A stretch of 64,000 bases of DNA from Thermoplasmata archaeon. GTDB lineage: Archaea; Thermoplasmatota; Thermoplasmata; Lutacidiplasmatales; UBA184. Positions 48,481 through 57,418 of this stretch are shown here, piece after piece; within the stretch, counting starts at the first letter, position 1, and the number at the start of each line of letters is the position of its first letter. A program made the translations under genes and the position numbers. The stretch lies in the NCBI GenBank assembly GCA_030041075.1, contig JASHOP010000099.1, positions 3,852-67,851 on the forward strand, given 5' to 3'. The notes beneath the pieces were generated by a model. The model saw nothing but the letters and a program-made list of their open reading frames with translations, made no database searches and was not told the origin of the DNA.

Positions 48481-49115
48481 AGCGCGGAGGGGCCCGACGG
48501 GGACGACTGATTGCGCTGGAAGGGATCGACGGCTCCGGGAAGTCGACCCTGGCCCGGGCCCTCGCGGCCGCGCTGCGACGAGGGGGGCGCTCGGTCCGGG
48601 TCCGACGCGAGCCGTCGGACCGACGCCTGGGAGCGCTCGCCCAGTCGGCGAGCGTCGGCGACCCGTGGTCCGGTGCGATCTACTTCACGATCGATCGTTA
48701 CCTCGCCCGTCCGGCTCTCGAGCGCGACCTGGCGCACCACGACGTGGTGGTGACGGACCGGTCGTACTACTCGACCCTCGCCTACCAGGGCAGCGCCCTC
48801 CCCGCTCGGGACCGGGTCCGCCTCAGGACGATCCAGACCTCCACGACGTGCCGCCCCGACCGGACGATCCTCCTCGATATTTCGCCGCGCGAGGCGCTCG
48901 CCCGGCTCGGGCGACGTTCGCCGGCCCGCAGCCCCCTCGAGCGGGACCGGACGCTGCGCCGGGTCGCCCGGGCCTACCGGGAGCTGGCGCGACGTCCCGG
49001 CTGGATCGTGCTCGACGCCCGACGCCCCCGGCGGGCTCTCGTCGCCGAGGCGCTGCGACGCCTCGACGCGGAGCGGACCCTCGGTGCTCCGCGCCGTCGC
49101 GCTGGGAGAAGGTGA
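48477..49115 (+). CDS. tmk: Thymidylate kinase
   Basis: IALEGIDGSGKST, REP, DRSYYSTLAYQG, PD.TILLD. Confidence 0.93.
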   Translation: MKRGGARRGRLIALEGIDGSGKSTLARALAAALRRGGRSVRVRREPSDRRLGALAQSASVGDPWSGAIYFTIDRYLARPALERDLAHHDVVVTDRSYYSTLAYQGSALPARDRVRLRTIQTSTTCRPDRTILLDISPREALARLGRRSPARSPLERDRTLRRVARAYRELARRPGWIVLDARRPRRALVAEALRRLDAERTLGAPRRRAGRR

Positions 49116-49146
49116 TATCCGCGCCGCGCTCCGGAGGACCGGCCCG

Positions 49147-50304
49147 ATGACCCCTCCGACGCGCATCCTCCTCCGCGAGGAGACCCTCGACCCGTCGTTT
49201 CTTCCCCCGAAGCTCCCGCACCGGGAGCCGGAGCTCGCGCTCCTCCTGAAGCGGTACCGGGAGGCGCTGGCGCGCGGGGTCCCGTTCCACCTACTCCTGA
49301 CCGGAGGGGTGGGCAGCGGGAAGACCGCGCTCGCCCGGCGGCTCGCCGCCGACCTTGAGCGCGCAGGCCGGCTCGGCGAGTACCCGGCCCAGGCGACGTA
49401 CGTCAACTGCTGGCGCCGGGCGAGCGACCGGACGGTGATGCTCGACCTCCTGAGGAGCGTGGGGGTGTCGCTGCCGGATCGGGGCTACAGCCTGTCGGAG
49501 ATGCTGGACGTATTCGAGCAGGGGATCCGACGCACGCCGGCCCACCACCTCGTGCTGCTCGACGAGGCTTCCGCGCTCGTGAAGCAGGGAACGAAGCTCG
49601 TCTACCTCCTCTCCCGCTCGCGCGAGGTCGGTCTCGGCTCGATCTCGCTGGTCCTGATCGCGGCCGAGGACCTCCTTCCCTACCTCGACGCCCCGAGCCG
49701 GTCGAGTTTTGGGGTGACGCATCGGCTCGCGCTCGCCCCGTACGGTCGCGCGGCGCTCGCCGACATCCTCGTGTCGCGAGCCGAGCTCGCGCTCCGCGGC
49801 GGGAGCTTCGACCGGGATCTTCTCGACCAGATCGCGCGGGTCGCGGCCCCGGGCGGCGACGCGCGATTCGCCCTCGAGCTGCTGGCGAACGCCGCCCGGG
49901 CCGCCGAGGACGCCGGCGCGGAGGCGCTCGCGGCCGAGCACGTCCGCCGGGCCAAGGGCTCGATCCTGCCCACGGTCACCGAGTCACAGCTCGAGACACT
50001 CTCGACGAACCAGCTGGGAGTCCTCCTCGCGATCGCCCGGTCGCTCAAGCGGCGCGGCACGTCCGTCCCGAGCCAGAAGCTCCGGGCGGCCCACGCCGCC
50101 CTCCTCGAGGAACTCGGAGGGCCGACGATGAGCCGCACTACGTTCTGGCGGACGCTCAAGGAGCTCGAGCGTGACGGGCTCGTGTCGCTCGACGCCGGAG
50201 CGTCGGGCGAGTCGAGCCAGGTTGCGATGGACGAGCTGCCCGCGAGTTTCCTCGCGACGTTGCTCGAGGAGCGGCTCGGGCGCGCCGGGGGCCGGAAAGC
50301 CTAA
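49147..50304 (+). CDS. cdc6: Cdc6/Orc1-family AAA+ protein
   Basis: LDPSFLPPKLPHRE, G.VGSGKT, YVNC, LLDEA, GDARFALELL, C-terminal winged helix. Confidence 0.9.
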   Translation: MTPPTRILLREETLDPSFLPPKLPHREPELALLLKRYREALARGVPFHLLLTGGVGSGKTALARRLAADLERAGRLGEYPAQATYVNCWRRASDRTVMLDLLRSVGVSLPDRGYSLSEMLDVFEQGIRRTPAHHLVLLDEASALVKQGTKLVYLLSRSREVGLGSISLVLIAAEDLLPYLDAPSRSSFGVTHRLALAPYGRAALADILVSRAELALRGGSFDRDLLDQIARVAAPGGDARFALELLANAARAAEDAGAEALAAEHVRRAKGSILPTVTESQLETLSTNQLGVLLAIARSLKRRGTSVPSQKLRAAHAALLEELGGPTMSRTTFWRTLKELERDGLVSLDAGASGESSQVAMDELPASFLATLLEERLGRAGGRKA

Positions 50305-50331
50305 AGCGCGCTCCGAGGGTCCTCGGGCCCC

Positions 50332-51249
50332 GTGGCGGGCTCCCAGGCGCGGTCGGCGCCGTCCTCCGTTCCCGAACGCCTTCCGGCCTGGATCCGCACC
50401 CGGCCGCCGCAGGGACCGGTCTATCCCGCGGTCCGGGAGATCCTCGGCGACCTCCGCCTCGGGACGGTCTGCCGCGAGGCGCGGTGCCCCAACCTTTCCG
50501 AGTGCTGGTCGCGCGGTGCGGCGACGCTCATGCTCCTGGGGACGGAGTGCACCCGTCGGTGCGCGTTCTGCGCCGTGACGACGCACTGGCCCCGGGGGAC
50601 GGTCGATCGCACGGAGCCGACGCGCGTGGCCGAAGCGGTCCGCCGGTGGGGCCTGCGGTACGTGGTCCTGACCCAGGTCTGCCGCGACGACCTCCCGGAC
50701 GGCGGGGCCGGGCTGCTCGCGGAGGCGGTGGACCGGATCCGGGAGGCGAGTCCGGGAACCCTGGTGGAGCTGCTGATCGGCGACCTGGCCGGCGACGACG
50801 GGTCGCTCCGGACGGTGCTCGCCGCGTCGCCCGACGTGCTCGCGCACAATCTCGAGACCGTCCGCGCGCTCAGCCCGCGCGTGCGCGACCCACGCGCGAG
50901 CTACGACCGCTCGCTGCGCGTCCTCGCGCGCGCGCGCGAGATCGGCCCGCCCGATACCGTGACGAAGAGCTCGATCATGCTGGGGATCGGCGAAGGCGAC
51001 GAGGACCTCGTGCGGGCGTTCCGCGACCTGCGGGAGGCCGGCGTCGACCTCCTCACGCTCGGGCAGTACCTCCGTCCCGGTCCGGAGCACCTGCCGGTGG
51101 CGCGCTACGTCCCCCCCGACGAGTTCGACCGCTGGTGTTCGGTCGGCCGGGAGATCGGCTTCGCCGGGGTCGAGGCCGGTCCCCTCGTCCGGAGCTCGTA
51201 CCGGGCCGAGGAGCTCTACCGCCGGGCTCGCGCGGCCCGGGGGGGGTAG
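50332..51249 (+). CDS. lipA: Lipoyl synthase
   Basis: CREARCPNLSECW, CTRRCAFC, HNLETV, GQYLRP, PLVRSSYRA. Confidence 0.96.
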   Translation: MAGSQARSAPSSVPERLPAWIRTRPPQGPVYPAVREILGDLRLGTVCREARCPNLSECWSRGAATLMLLGTECTRRCAFCAVTTHWPRGTVDRTEPTRVAEAVRRWGLRYVVLTQVCRDDLPDGGAGLLAEAVDRIREASPGTLVELLIGDLAGDDGSLRTVLAASPDVLAHNLETVRALSPRVRDPRASYDRSLRVLARAREIGPPDTVTKSSIMLGIGEGDEDLVRAFRDLREAGVDLLTLGQYLRPGPEHLPVARYVPPDEFDRWCSVGREIGFAGVEAGPLVRSSYRAEELYRRARAARGG

Positions 51250-51252
51250 CGG

Positions 51253-51606
51253 GTGGCGAAGAAGGTCCGGCGCAACCCCGAGGCCGCGGAGGAGGCGAAG
51301 TTCGAGTTCCCGGCGTTCGACGAGGCGGGGTTCTTCAAGAAGGAGCTCGAGATGACGTGGGCGGTCGTGCTCGCGTGCGGCTTCGCCGTGCTCCTGGGCC
51401 TCCTCTCCTGGCTGTCGTGGAACGCTCTCCTGCCCTGGTGGGCCGGGTTCCTGATCGGGCTCGCCGGAGTGATCCTGGGACTGATCGCGATCGGGCGGCT
51501 CCGGACCAACTCCCACCTCTACACGAAGGGCGACTGGGCGGCGCTGTTCGCGCTCGAGTTCTTCGGCTGGATCGCGCTCTGGTTCGTGCTCGTCAACGTC
51601 GCGTAG
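51253..51606 (+). CDS. Small membrane protein
   Basis: FEFPAFDE..F..KE head followed by three TM helices. Confidence 0.8.
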   Translation: MAKKVRRNPEAAEEAKFEFPAFDEAGFFKKELEMTWAVVLACGFAVLLGLLSWLSWNALLPWWAGFLIGLAGVILGLIAIGRLRTNSHLYTKGDWAALFALEFFGWIALWFVLVNVA

Positions 51607-51615
51607 GCCGGCGCC

Positions 51616-53025
51616 CTAGCTCCGGTGGGACCAGGGGAGCCGCTTGTCGAGGAGCTGCCGCAGCGCGTCGGCGAGCGCCTCCGATTCCGGGGCCGCCGCG
51701 AGGGGCCGGACCGCGAGCTGGCCGGGGCCGTCCGGCGTCAGGTTCTTCCCGAGGGAGAGCCGCGCGAGGCTATCGCCGAGGACCGTTTCGATCTCGCACT
51801 CGGTCCACCGGGTCTCCACGCCGAGGCTGCCGTCGTCCCGGACGAACGGTCCCTGGAGGACGCCGGTACCGCTCGCGGTCCACTTCCCGAGGAACTGCCC
51901 GACCCGGTCGATCCCTGGCGGGGGGCCGTCCCGACGGCGGACCGGCGAGCGGAGGCGGTGCGCGACCTCGAGCGCGAGGACGATCCGCTCGGCGTCCGCG
52001 GCGCTGCTGCTGCCCAAGACCTCGAACCCGGCCCGCGCCGCTTCGGCCGCGAGCGCGCTCTCCGCCTTGCGCACCTGAGGGTAGAGCGTGTCGTCGACGA
52101 TGTCGGGCCGGGGGATCTCGGCCACGCAGACGTGGCTCTGGCGGTCGGTCGTCCGGCGGAGGGCTTCCCCCCGCGAGATCCGGTCCGGGGGGTCGACATC
52201 GAACCATGCGGCGGACGGCGCGTCCAGATAGGCTCCGGCCGCGACGACGAACAGGCCGAGGTTCCGGCGCGACAGGGCCGTCGCGACGTTCCGATGCGGG
52301 TCGACCGGGTCGGTCAGGATGAGGGCGACGTCGTCGGGGAGCCGGGGGGCTTCGCGGCCCGGTTCCTCGAGGCGCGCGGGGACGCGCCAGCGGCGCGCGG
52401 CGGTCAGGAGCGCGCGGAGGGAGCCGTACTTGAGGACCAGGAGCTCGACCAGGTATCCCGAGAACCCCTCCGTTCTCGCCTCCGACCCGTAGATGCCGAG
52501 GGCCCGAAGGAACTGCTTGGTGAGCCGGATCTGACCGACCTCGGACGCCGTCTCGCGCTCGGCGAGGTACGCCTGATGGAACGGGGTACGGTCGACGGGG
52601 GAGATCGGGTGGGACGGGTCCGAGACCGCAAAACCGGGGACGGCGTCGACGGTGAACTCTTCGTACCGGCCGCGCAGGTACGGATGCTCCGCGTACCGGG
52701 TCTCCGGGCCGGTGAGGACCGCCCTCCCGAGCGCGAGCCCCTCCTCGCGGAGCCGGTCGCGGGGGAGGTCGGGGGGAAAGAGGAGGAACAGGTCGATGTC
52801 GAGGCGGTCGTTGAGGAACGTCCCCCGCGCCGCGCTGCCGGCGACGACGGCGCGGACGAGCGGACTCGATCGGGCACGGGCCGCCTGCTGGACCCGGTCG
52901 GGGAGCTCGGACCGGACCCGCTCCACGCGGGCCAGGAGCTCCGAGGACGGGGCGATCCGAACGCCGACCGCGGCCTCGATACGGTCCGCCTCGACCTCGG
53001 TCTCGTGCCGTGGCGGAGAGGACAT
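51616..53025 (-). CDS. cca: CCA-adding enzyme (class I, archaeal)
   Basis: GSAARGTFL..DIDLF, YAEHPY, DRTPFH, GFSGYLVELL, DPVDP.RNVA. Confidence 0.95.
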   Translation of the reverse strand: MSSPPRHETEVEADRIEAAVGVRIAPSSELLARVERVRSELPDRVQQAARARSSPLVRAVVAGSAARGTFLNDRLDIDLFLLFPPDLPRDRLREEGLALGRAVLTGPETRYAEHPYLRGRYEEFTVDAVPGFAVSDPSHPISPVDRTPFHQAYLAERETASEVGQIRLTKQFLRALGIYGSEARTEGFSGYLVELLVLKYGSLRALLTAARRWRVPARLEEPGREAPRLPDDVALILTDPVDPHRNVATALSRRNLGLFVVAAGAYLDAPSAAWFDVDPPDRISRGEALRRTTDRQSHVCVAEIPRPDIVDDTLYPQVRKAESALAAEAARAGFEVLGSSSAADAERIVLALEVAHRLRSPVRRRDGPPPGIDRVGQFLGKWTASGTGVLQGPFVRDDGSLGVETRWTECEIETVLGDSLARLSLGKNLTPDGPGQLAVRPLAAAPESEALADALRQLLDKRLPWSHRS

Positions 53026-53120
53026 TCCACGGGGGGGACGCTCCGGCGCAGATGAGCCTTCGGCTCCGGGCCGGGCAGCGAGCGTTATCGCGCCGGCCGG
53101 CCTTAGGGATCGGGAGGGAG

Positions 53121-54188
53121 ATGGCGGCCACGCTGGCCGATCGGGCCGCGACGCTCTGGACGCCGCTGGAGGCCGGCAAGGTCCGGTGCACGGCGTGCGC
53201 CCGCTACTGCGCGATCCCCGACGGCTCGCACGGGTTCTGCTTCGTTCGGAAGAACGAGGGCGGACGGCTCGTGCTGCTGACCTACGGGCTCGCCTCGGCG
53301 ATCCAGGTCGACCCGGTCGAGAAGAAGCCGCTCTCCCATTTCCACCCCGGCACGCGCGTCTACTCGATCGGCACGGTCGGGTGCAACTGGCGCTGCCTCT
53401 ACTGCCAGAACGCCGAGATCTCCCAGGAGCACGAGATCAAGGGGCGAACCCTGTCCCCCCAGGCGGCCGTCGCGGGGGCCCGGCGGTACGGCTGCTCGGG
53501 CGTGACGTTCACCTACAACGAGCCGTCGATCTTCGCCGAGTACGCCCTCGACATCCTGCGCGAGGCGCACGCGGCGGGCCTGTTCGCGAACTTCGTCACG
53601 AACGGCTACATGACCCCCGAGGCGGTCGAGGCGATCGGGCCGCACCTGGATGCGGTGAGCGTCGACTTCAAGGGGAGCGGCGAGCCCGGTTTCATGCGCA
53701 AGTACATCAGCGCGAAGGGACCCGAGCCGATCTTCGACTCGGCGGCCGGGCTTAAGCGACGGGGGGTCCACGTGGAGATCACCGACCTGATCGTCCCCCA
53801 GGTCGGGGACTCCGTCGACGCGACGCGGAAGCTGGCCCGCTACGTCGTCGACACCCTGGGGCCGGCCACGCCGTTCCACCTCCTCCGGTTCCATCCCGAC
53901 TACAAGATGCTCGACCTGCCCGAGACCCCGATCGCCACCCTCGAGAGGCTCCACGCCGTCGCGAAGGCCGAGGGGCTCGAGTACGTCTACCTCGGGAACA
54001 TCTGGGGGCACCCGCTCGAGCACACCTACTGCCCGGGATGCGGCGCGATCGCGGTGCGACGCTACGGCTTCACGATACGGTCGTGGAACCTCGACCGCGA
54101 GAACCGGTGCCGGGCGTGCGGGCACCCGATCCCGATCGTCGGGAGGCCCCCGCCCGACTACGTTGCCGCGTTCGCGACCCCCGTGTAG
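53121..54188 (+). CDS. AmmeMemoRadiSam-type radical SAM protein
   Basis: CTACARYC..GFC, DPVEKKPL.HF.PG, CNWRCLYCQN, FTYNEP, RFHPDY, YLGN. Confidence 0.9.
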   Translation: MAATLADRAATLWTPLEAGKVRCTACARYCAIPDGSHGFCFVRKNEGGRLVLLTYGLASAIQVDPVEKKPLSHFHPGTRVYSIGTVGCNWRCLYCQNAEISQEHEIKGRTLSPQAAVAGARRYGCSGVTFTYNEPSIFAEYALDILREAHAAGLFANFVTNGYMTPEAVEAIGPHLDAVSVDFKGSGEPGFMRKYISAKGPEPIFDSAAGLKRRGVHVEITDLIVPQVGDSVDATRKLARYVVDTLGPATPFHLLRFHPDYKMLDLPETPIATLERLHAVAKAEGLEYVYLGNIWGHPLEHTYCPGCGAIAVRRYGFTIRSWNLDRENRCRACGHPIPIVGRPPPDYVAAFATPV

Positions 54189-54963
54189 GCGCCGCGCGGG
54201 GCACCGCCTCGACCACGAGGTGAAGGGGGATCTCGGTGAGGAACGTACCCTGGGGGCTCTTCGCCACGATCTCCGGCAACGGCCAGGGTTCCTCGAGCCT
54301 AGTGACCACGAGCCGCGCGGCGCGAAGATACCCGGAGTACGTCGAGAGGGTCCGGTGGAACGACTCGGTCCAGACGATCCGCCCAGCCGACACCTCCCAG
54401 GGGATCCTCGACCGACCCTCGACGCGATAGCCGCGGACCTTCCTCCAGACCGTGGCGCGGTAGATCCCGTCCGTACCGAATCCCCGCTCGACCGACCAGA
54501 GGGAGCGGTCGTCGAGGTCGAAGCACGGATGCGCGATCGAGAACACGAACCGGCCGTTCGGTCCAAGGACCCGGGCAGCCTCCCGGATCGCTCCGCGGGC
54601 GTCGGCGATGTCCATCAGGGCCATGTTCGCGACCACCAGGTCCGTCGTGCCGGTCGGCAGCGGTAGTCGGGCCGCATCGGCCACCTCAAAGCGCGCGCCG
54701 GTCGGGTCGTTGCGCTCGTGGCCGCGGGCGATACGGACGTTGGGAGCCGAACGGTCGAACCCGACCACCGTCGCCGCGCCCGCCCGGGCCATCCGGCGGG
54801 CGAGGTAGCCGTTCCCGCACGCGACGTCGACCACACGGAGGCCCCGGACCGGGCCCACGACCCGGCGAACGGCCGGATCGATGAGCGAGCGGTGCCAGAG
54901 GTCGCCGTTCGCCCCCATCCGCCGGTCGCGCCAGCGGGCCATCGCATCCCATCCGCTCGTCAT
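54070..54963 (-). CDS. Class I SAM-dependent methyltransferase
   Basis: VDVACGNG, ANMALMD, GRFVFSIAHPCF, FHRTLS.Y. The tail overlaps the convergent gene. Confidence 0.87.
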   Translation of the reverse strand: MTSGWDAMARWRDRRMGANGDLWHRSLIDPAVRRVVGPVRGLRVVDVACGNGYLARRMARAGAATVVGFDRSAPNVRIARGHERNDPTGARFEVADAARLPLPTGTTDLVVANMALMDIADARGAIREAARVLGPNGRFVFSIAHPCFDLDDRSLWSVERGFGTDGIYRATVWRKVRGYRVEGRSRIPWEVSAGRIVWTESFHRTLSTYSGYLRAARLVVTRLEEPWPLPEIVAKSPQGTFLTEIPLHLVVEAVPRAAPTRGSRTRQRSRAGASRRSGSGARTPGTGSRGRGSTTVS

Positions 54964-55108
54964 CGATCCGCCGGCGGACGCCCAGAACCCGCTCCCATTA
55001 AGGGGAGTACGGTGGTCGCCCCCGCGCGGACCCGGGCCCCGCGCGCGGGGTTCCCTAGGGCAGATAGCCGTAAGTGGAGAGCCCACCGTCGGCCGCCCGC
55101 GCGGCTCC

Positions 55109-55789
55109 ATGACCACGAACCTCCGCATCTGCCTCTCGATCCTGACGCTCGGCTTCGCGATCGAGGGCGGCGGCGAGCTCTACTCGCTCGTCTCGCGCGG
55201 GTCGTACCATCCGAGCCTGAGCCTGTTCTTCGCGCTGCTGACCGCGTTGACCGTCGCGGGCCTGTTGTTCCTCTGGGTCGGCCGCCACGAGTGGAACGCC
55301 CTGCACCGCTCGCGCGTCCGCCGCGCCCACCTCGTCTTCGGCCTGAGCCTTCTTGGGGCGGCCGTCGGCGGGGCCACGATCGCCGTCCTCTACGAGGTTC
55401 CGGGCCTCGGGGTCCCGGTCTGGGCGGAGGCGCTCTTCGGCGCCTCGATGGCCTCCCTGGTCCTTGGCACGTTCGTCACCTACGTCATCCTCGTGTTCCA
55501 CCTCGCCCCGCGCTCGAGCCAGCTGGCGCTGTTGGCGTCGATCGCATGGGCCCTGCTGATCTCGGTGTTCATCGGCAACGCGCTCGGGGCGAACCTCCCG
55601 ACGGTGATGACCCTCCTGACGACCCGGACGTTCAGCGTGCCCCGGTTCGTGGGCCCGATCGACACGCTCGCGTCGTACCTGTTCGTATCGTACTTCCTCC
55701 TCCTCGCGGCGTACCTGGACGCCCACCGCACGGTCCTGCGCGGGCCGCCGGACGAAGCTTCTGCGAGCGGTCCGGCGGCCGCGCCGTGA
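55109..55789 (+). CDS. Multi-pass membrane protein
   Basis: About six TM helices from ATG 55109. Confidence 0.78.
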   Translation: MTTNLRICLSILTLGFAIEGGGELYSLVSRGSYHPSLSLFFALLTALTVAGLLFLWVGRHEWNALHRSRVRRAHLVFGLSLLGAAVGGATIAVLYEVPGLGVPVWAEALFGASMASLVLGTFVTYVILVFHLAPRSSQLALLASIAWALLISVFIGNALGANLPTVMTLLTTRTFSVPRFVGPIDTLASYLFVSYFLLLAAYLDAHRTVLRGPPDEASASGPAAAP

Positions 55790-56011
55790 CCCATCCGGCG
55801 CAGTGCGGGGAGCGTCCCGGTAGCGGTTCGGCCGGGTGCCGGGCCCGGGGAGCCCACCGGCGGGTTCCGTGGGTGGAGGCGAGGGTTTAACTCGGGGGTC
55901 CCGCCCACGCTCTCCGGAGCGAAGCCCGCGTCGGGGCGCCACGGTGGATCGAACGACGGCCCATCGACGATCGTCGCGCGCGGGTGACGCCGGACCGAAG
56001 GAAGCGATCCC

Positions 56012-57310
56012 GTGGCCATAGATTCGGGCGACACGGCCTGGGTCATCACCGCTACGGCGCTCGTGATGCTGATGACCCCGGCCCTGGGGTTCTTCTACGG
56101 CGGGCTGGTACGTCGCAAGAACCTCGTCTCCACGATCGTCCAATGCCTCGCGATCTTCTGCGTCGTCAGCCTCGTGTGGGCGCTGTGGGGCTACTCGATC
56201 ACGTTCGGCCCGGCCTGGTTCTCGCTCCGGCTCCACGGCGGGACGTTCGGGTTGCTGGGGAACCTCTCGAAGGTCGGCCTGATGAACGTCGGCGCAGCCC
56301 CGAACCCGGCGTACTCGAGCACGATCCCGGAGCTCCTCTACTTCGCGTTCCAGCTCAAGTTCGCGGCGATCACCCCGGCGCTGATCATCGGGGCGTTCGC
56401 GGGCCGGGTCCGCTTGAAGTCGCTCCTCATCTTCATCGTCCTCTGGACGACGCTGATCTACGCGCCGATCGCCATGTGGATCTGGAACCCGGCGGGATGG
56501 CTCCATGTGCTCGGGGTCGAGGACTTCGCGGGGGGTCTCGTCGTCCACACCTCGGCCGGGGTGTCGGCGGTGGCCGCCGCGATCGTCATCGGACGCCGGC
56601 CCGAGGCCGAGGTCCGGGAGAACCGGCCGAACAACGTCCCGTACGTGATCCTGGGCGCCGCGCTCCTGTGGTTCGGTTGGTTCGGCTTCAACGCCGGCAG
56701 CGCGCTCGCGGCCGACGCGGTGGCCGTGAACGCCCTCGTCACCACGAACCTCGCCGCCGCGGCCGGGGGGGTCAGCTGGATGCTCGTCGACTGGGTCCGG
56801 AAGGGACGGCCCTCGGCCGTCGGGATGGCGGTCGGGGCGGTCTGCGGCCTCGCGGCCGTGACGCCGGCGGCCGGCTACGTCGGCCCCTCGGCCTCGATCG
56901 TGATCGGCCTCGTCGCCGGCGTCTTCTGCAACTACATCGCGAACTGGAGGGCCCGGACCACGCTCGACGACTCGCTCGACGTCTTCGCCTGCCATGGCGC
57001 CGGGGGCATGTGGGGGACGATCGCGACCGGCCTCTTCGCTTCGACCGCGATCAACGCCGCCGGCCGCAACGGGCTCCTGTACGGCGACCCGCACCAGGCG
57101 CTCGTCCAGCTGGTCGGAGTCGCGGTGGTGGCGTCGTTCGCCTTCGCCGGCACGTACGTTCTCCTGCGGGTCATCAACGTGTTCTGCCCTCTCCGCGTGA
57201 AGCCGGACGAGGAGGACACCGGCCTCGACATCGCCGAGTTCGGGGAGGAGGCGTACACGCCGACCCCGGAAGGTCAGGCGGTAGCCCCGGGTCCGACCCC
57301 GGCTCCGTAG
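56012..57310 (+). CDS. amt: Ammonium transporter
   Basis: GDTAW, FYGGLVRRKN, DFAGGLVVH, WFGWFGFNAGS, DDSLDVFACHG. Confidence 0.96.
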   Translation: MAIDSGDTAWVITATALVMLMTPALGFFYGGLVRRKNLVSTIVQCLAIFCVVSLVWALWGYSITFGPAWFSLRLHGGTFGLLGNLSKVGLMNVGAAPNPAYSSTIPELLYFAFQLKFAAITPALIIGAFAGRVRLKSLLIFIVLWTTLIYAPIAMWIWNPAGWLHVLGVEDFAGGLVVHTSAGVSAVAAAIVIGRRPEAEVRENRPNNVPYVILGAALLWFGWFGFNAGSALAADAVAVNALVTTNLAAAAGGVSWMLVDWVRKGRPSAVGMAVGAVCGLAAVTPAAGYVGPSASIVIGLVAGVFCNYIANWRARTTLDDSLDVFACHGAGGMWGTIATGLFASTAINAAGRNGLLYGDPHQALVQLVGVAVVASFAFAGTYVLLRVINVFCPLRVKPDEEDTGLDIAEFGEEAYTPTPEGQAVAPGPTPAP

Positions 57311-57418
57311 CCCGGTGCCGGGGCGCGCCGGCCAGCTTCCGAGGAGCGGCGGCCGGATCGCTCGCGCCCGGCCTCCCGTGCGTAGCCGTTATGGGAGCGC
57401 GGTCGGCTCGGGTCCGGC

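Noticed and set aside
49084-50332. Replication origin next to cdc6
   Set aside because: The gene is tightly embedded between tmk and lipA, with no ORB repeats or AT-rich unwinding region.
54070-54188. 119-nt convergent overlap of the methyltransferase and radical SAM genes
   Set aside because: The overlapping tail is low-complexity, most simply a late stop in GC-rich DNA.
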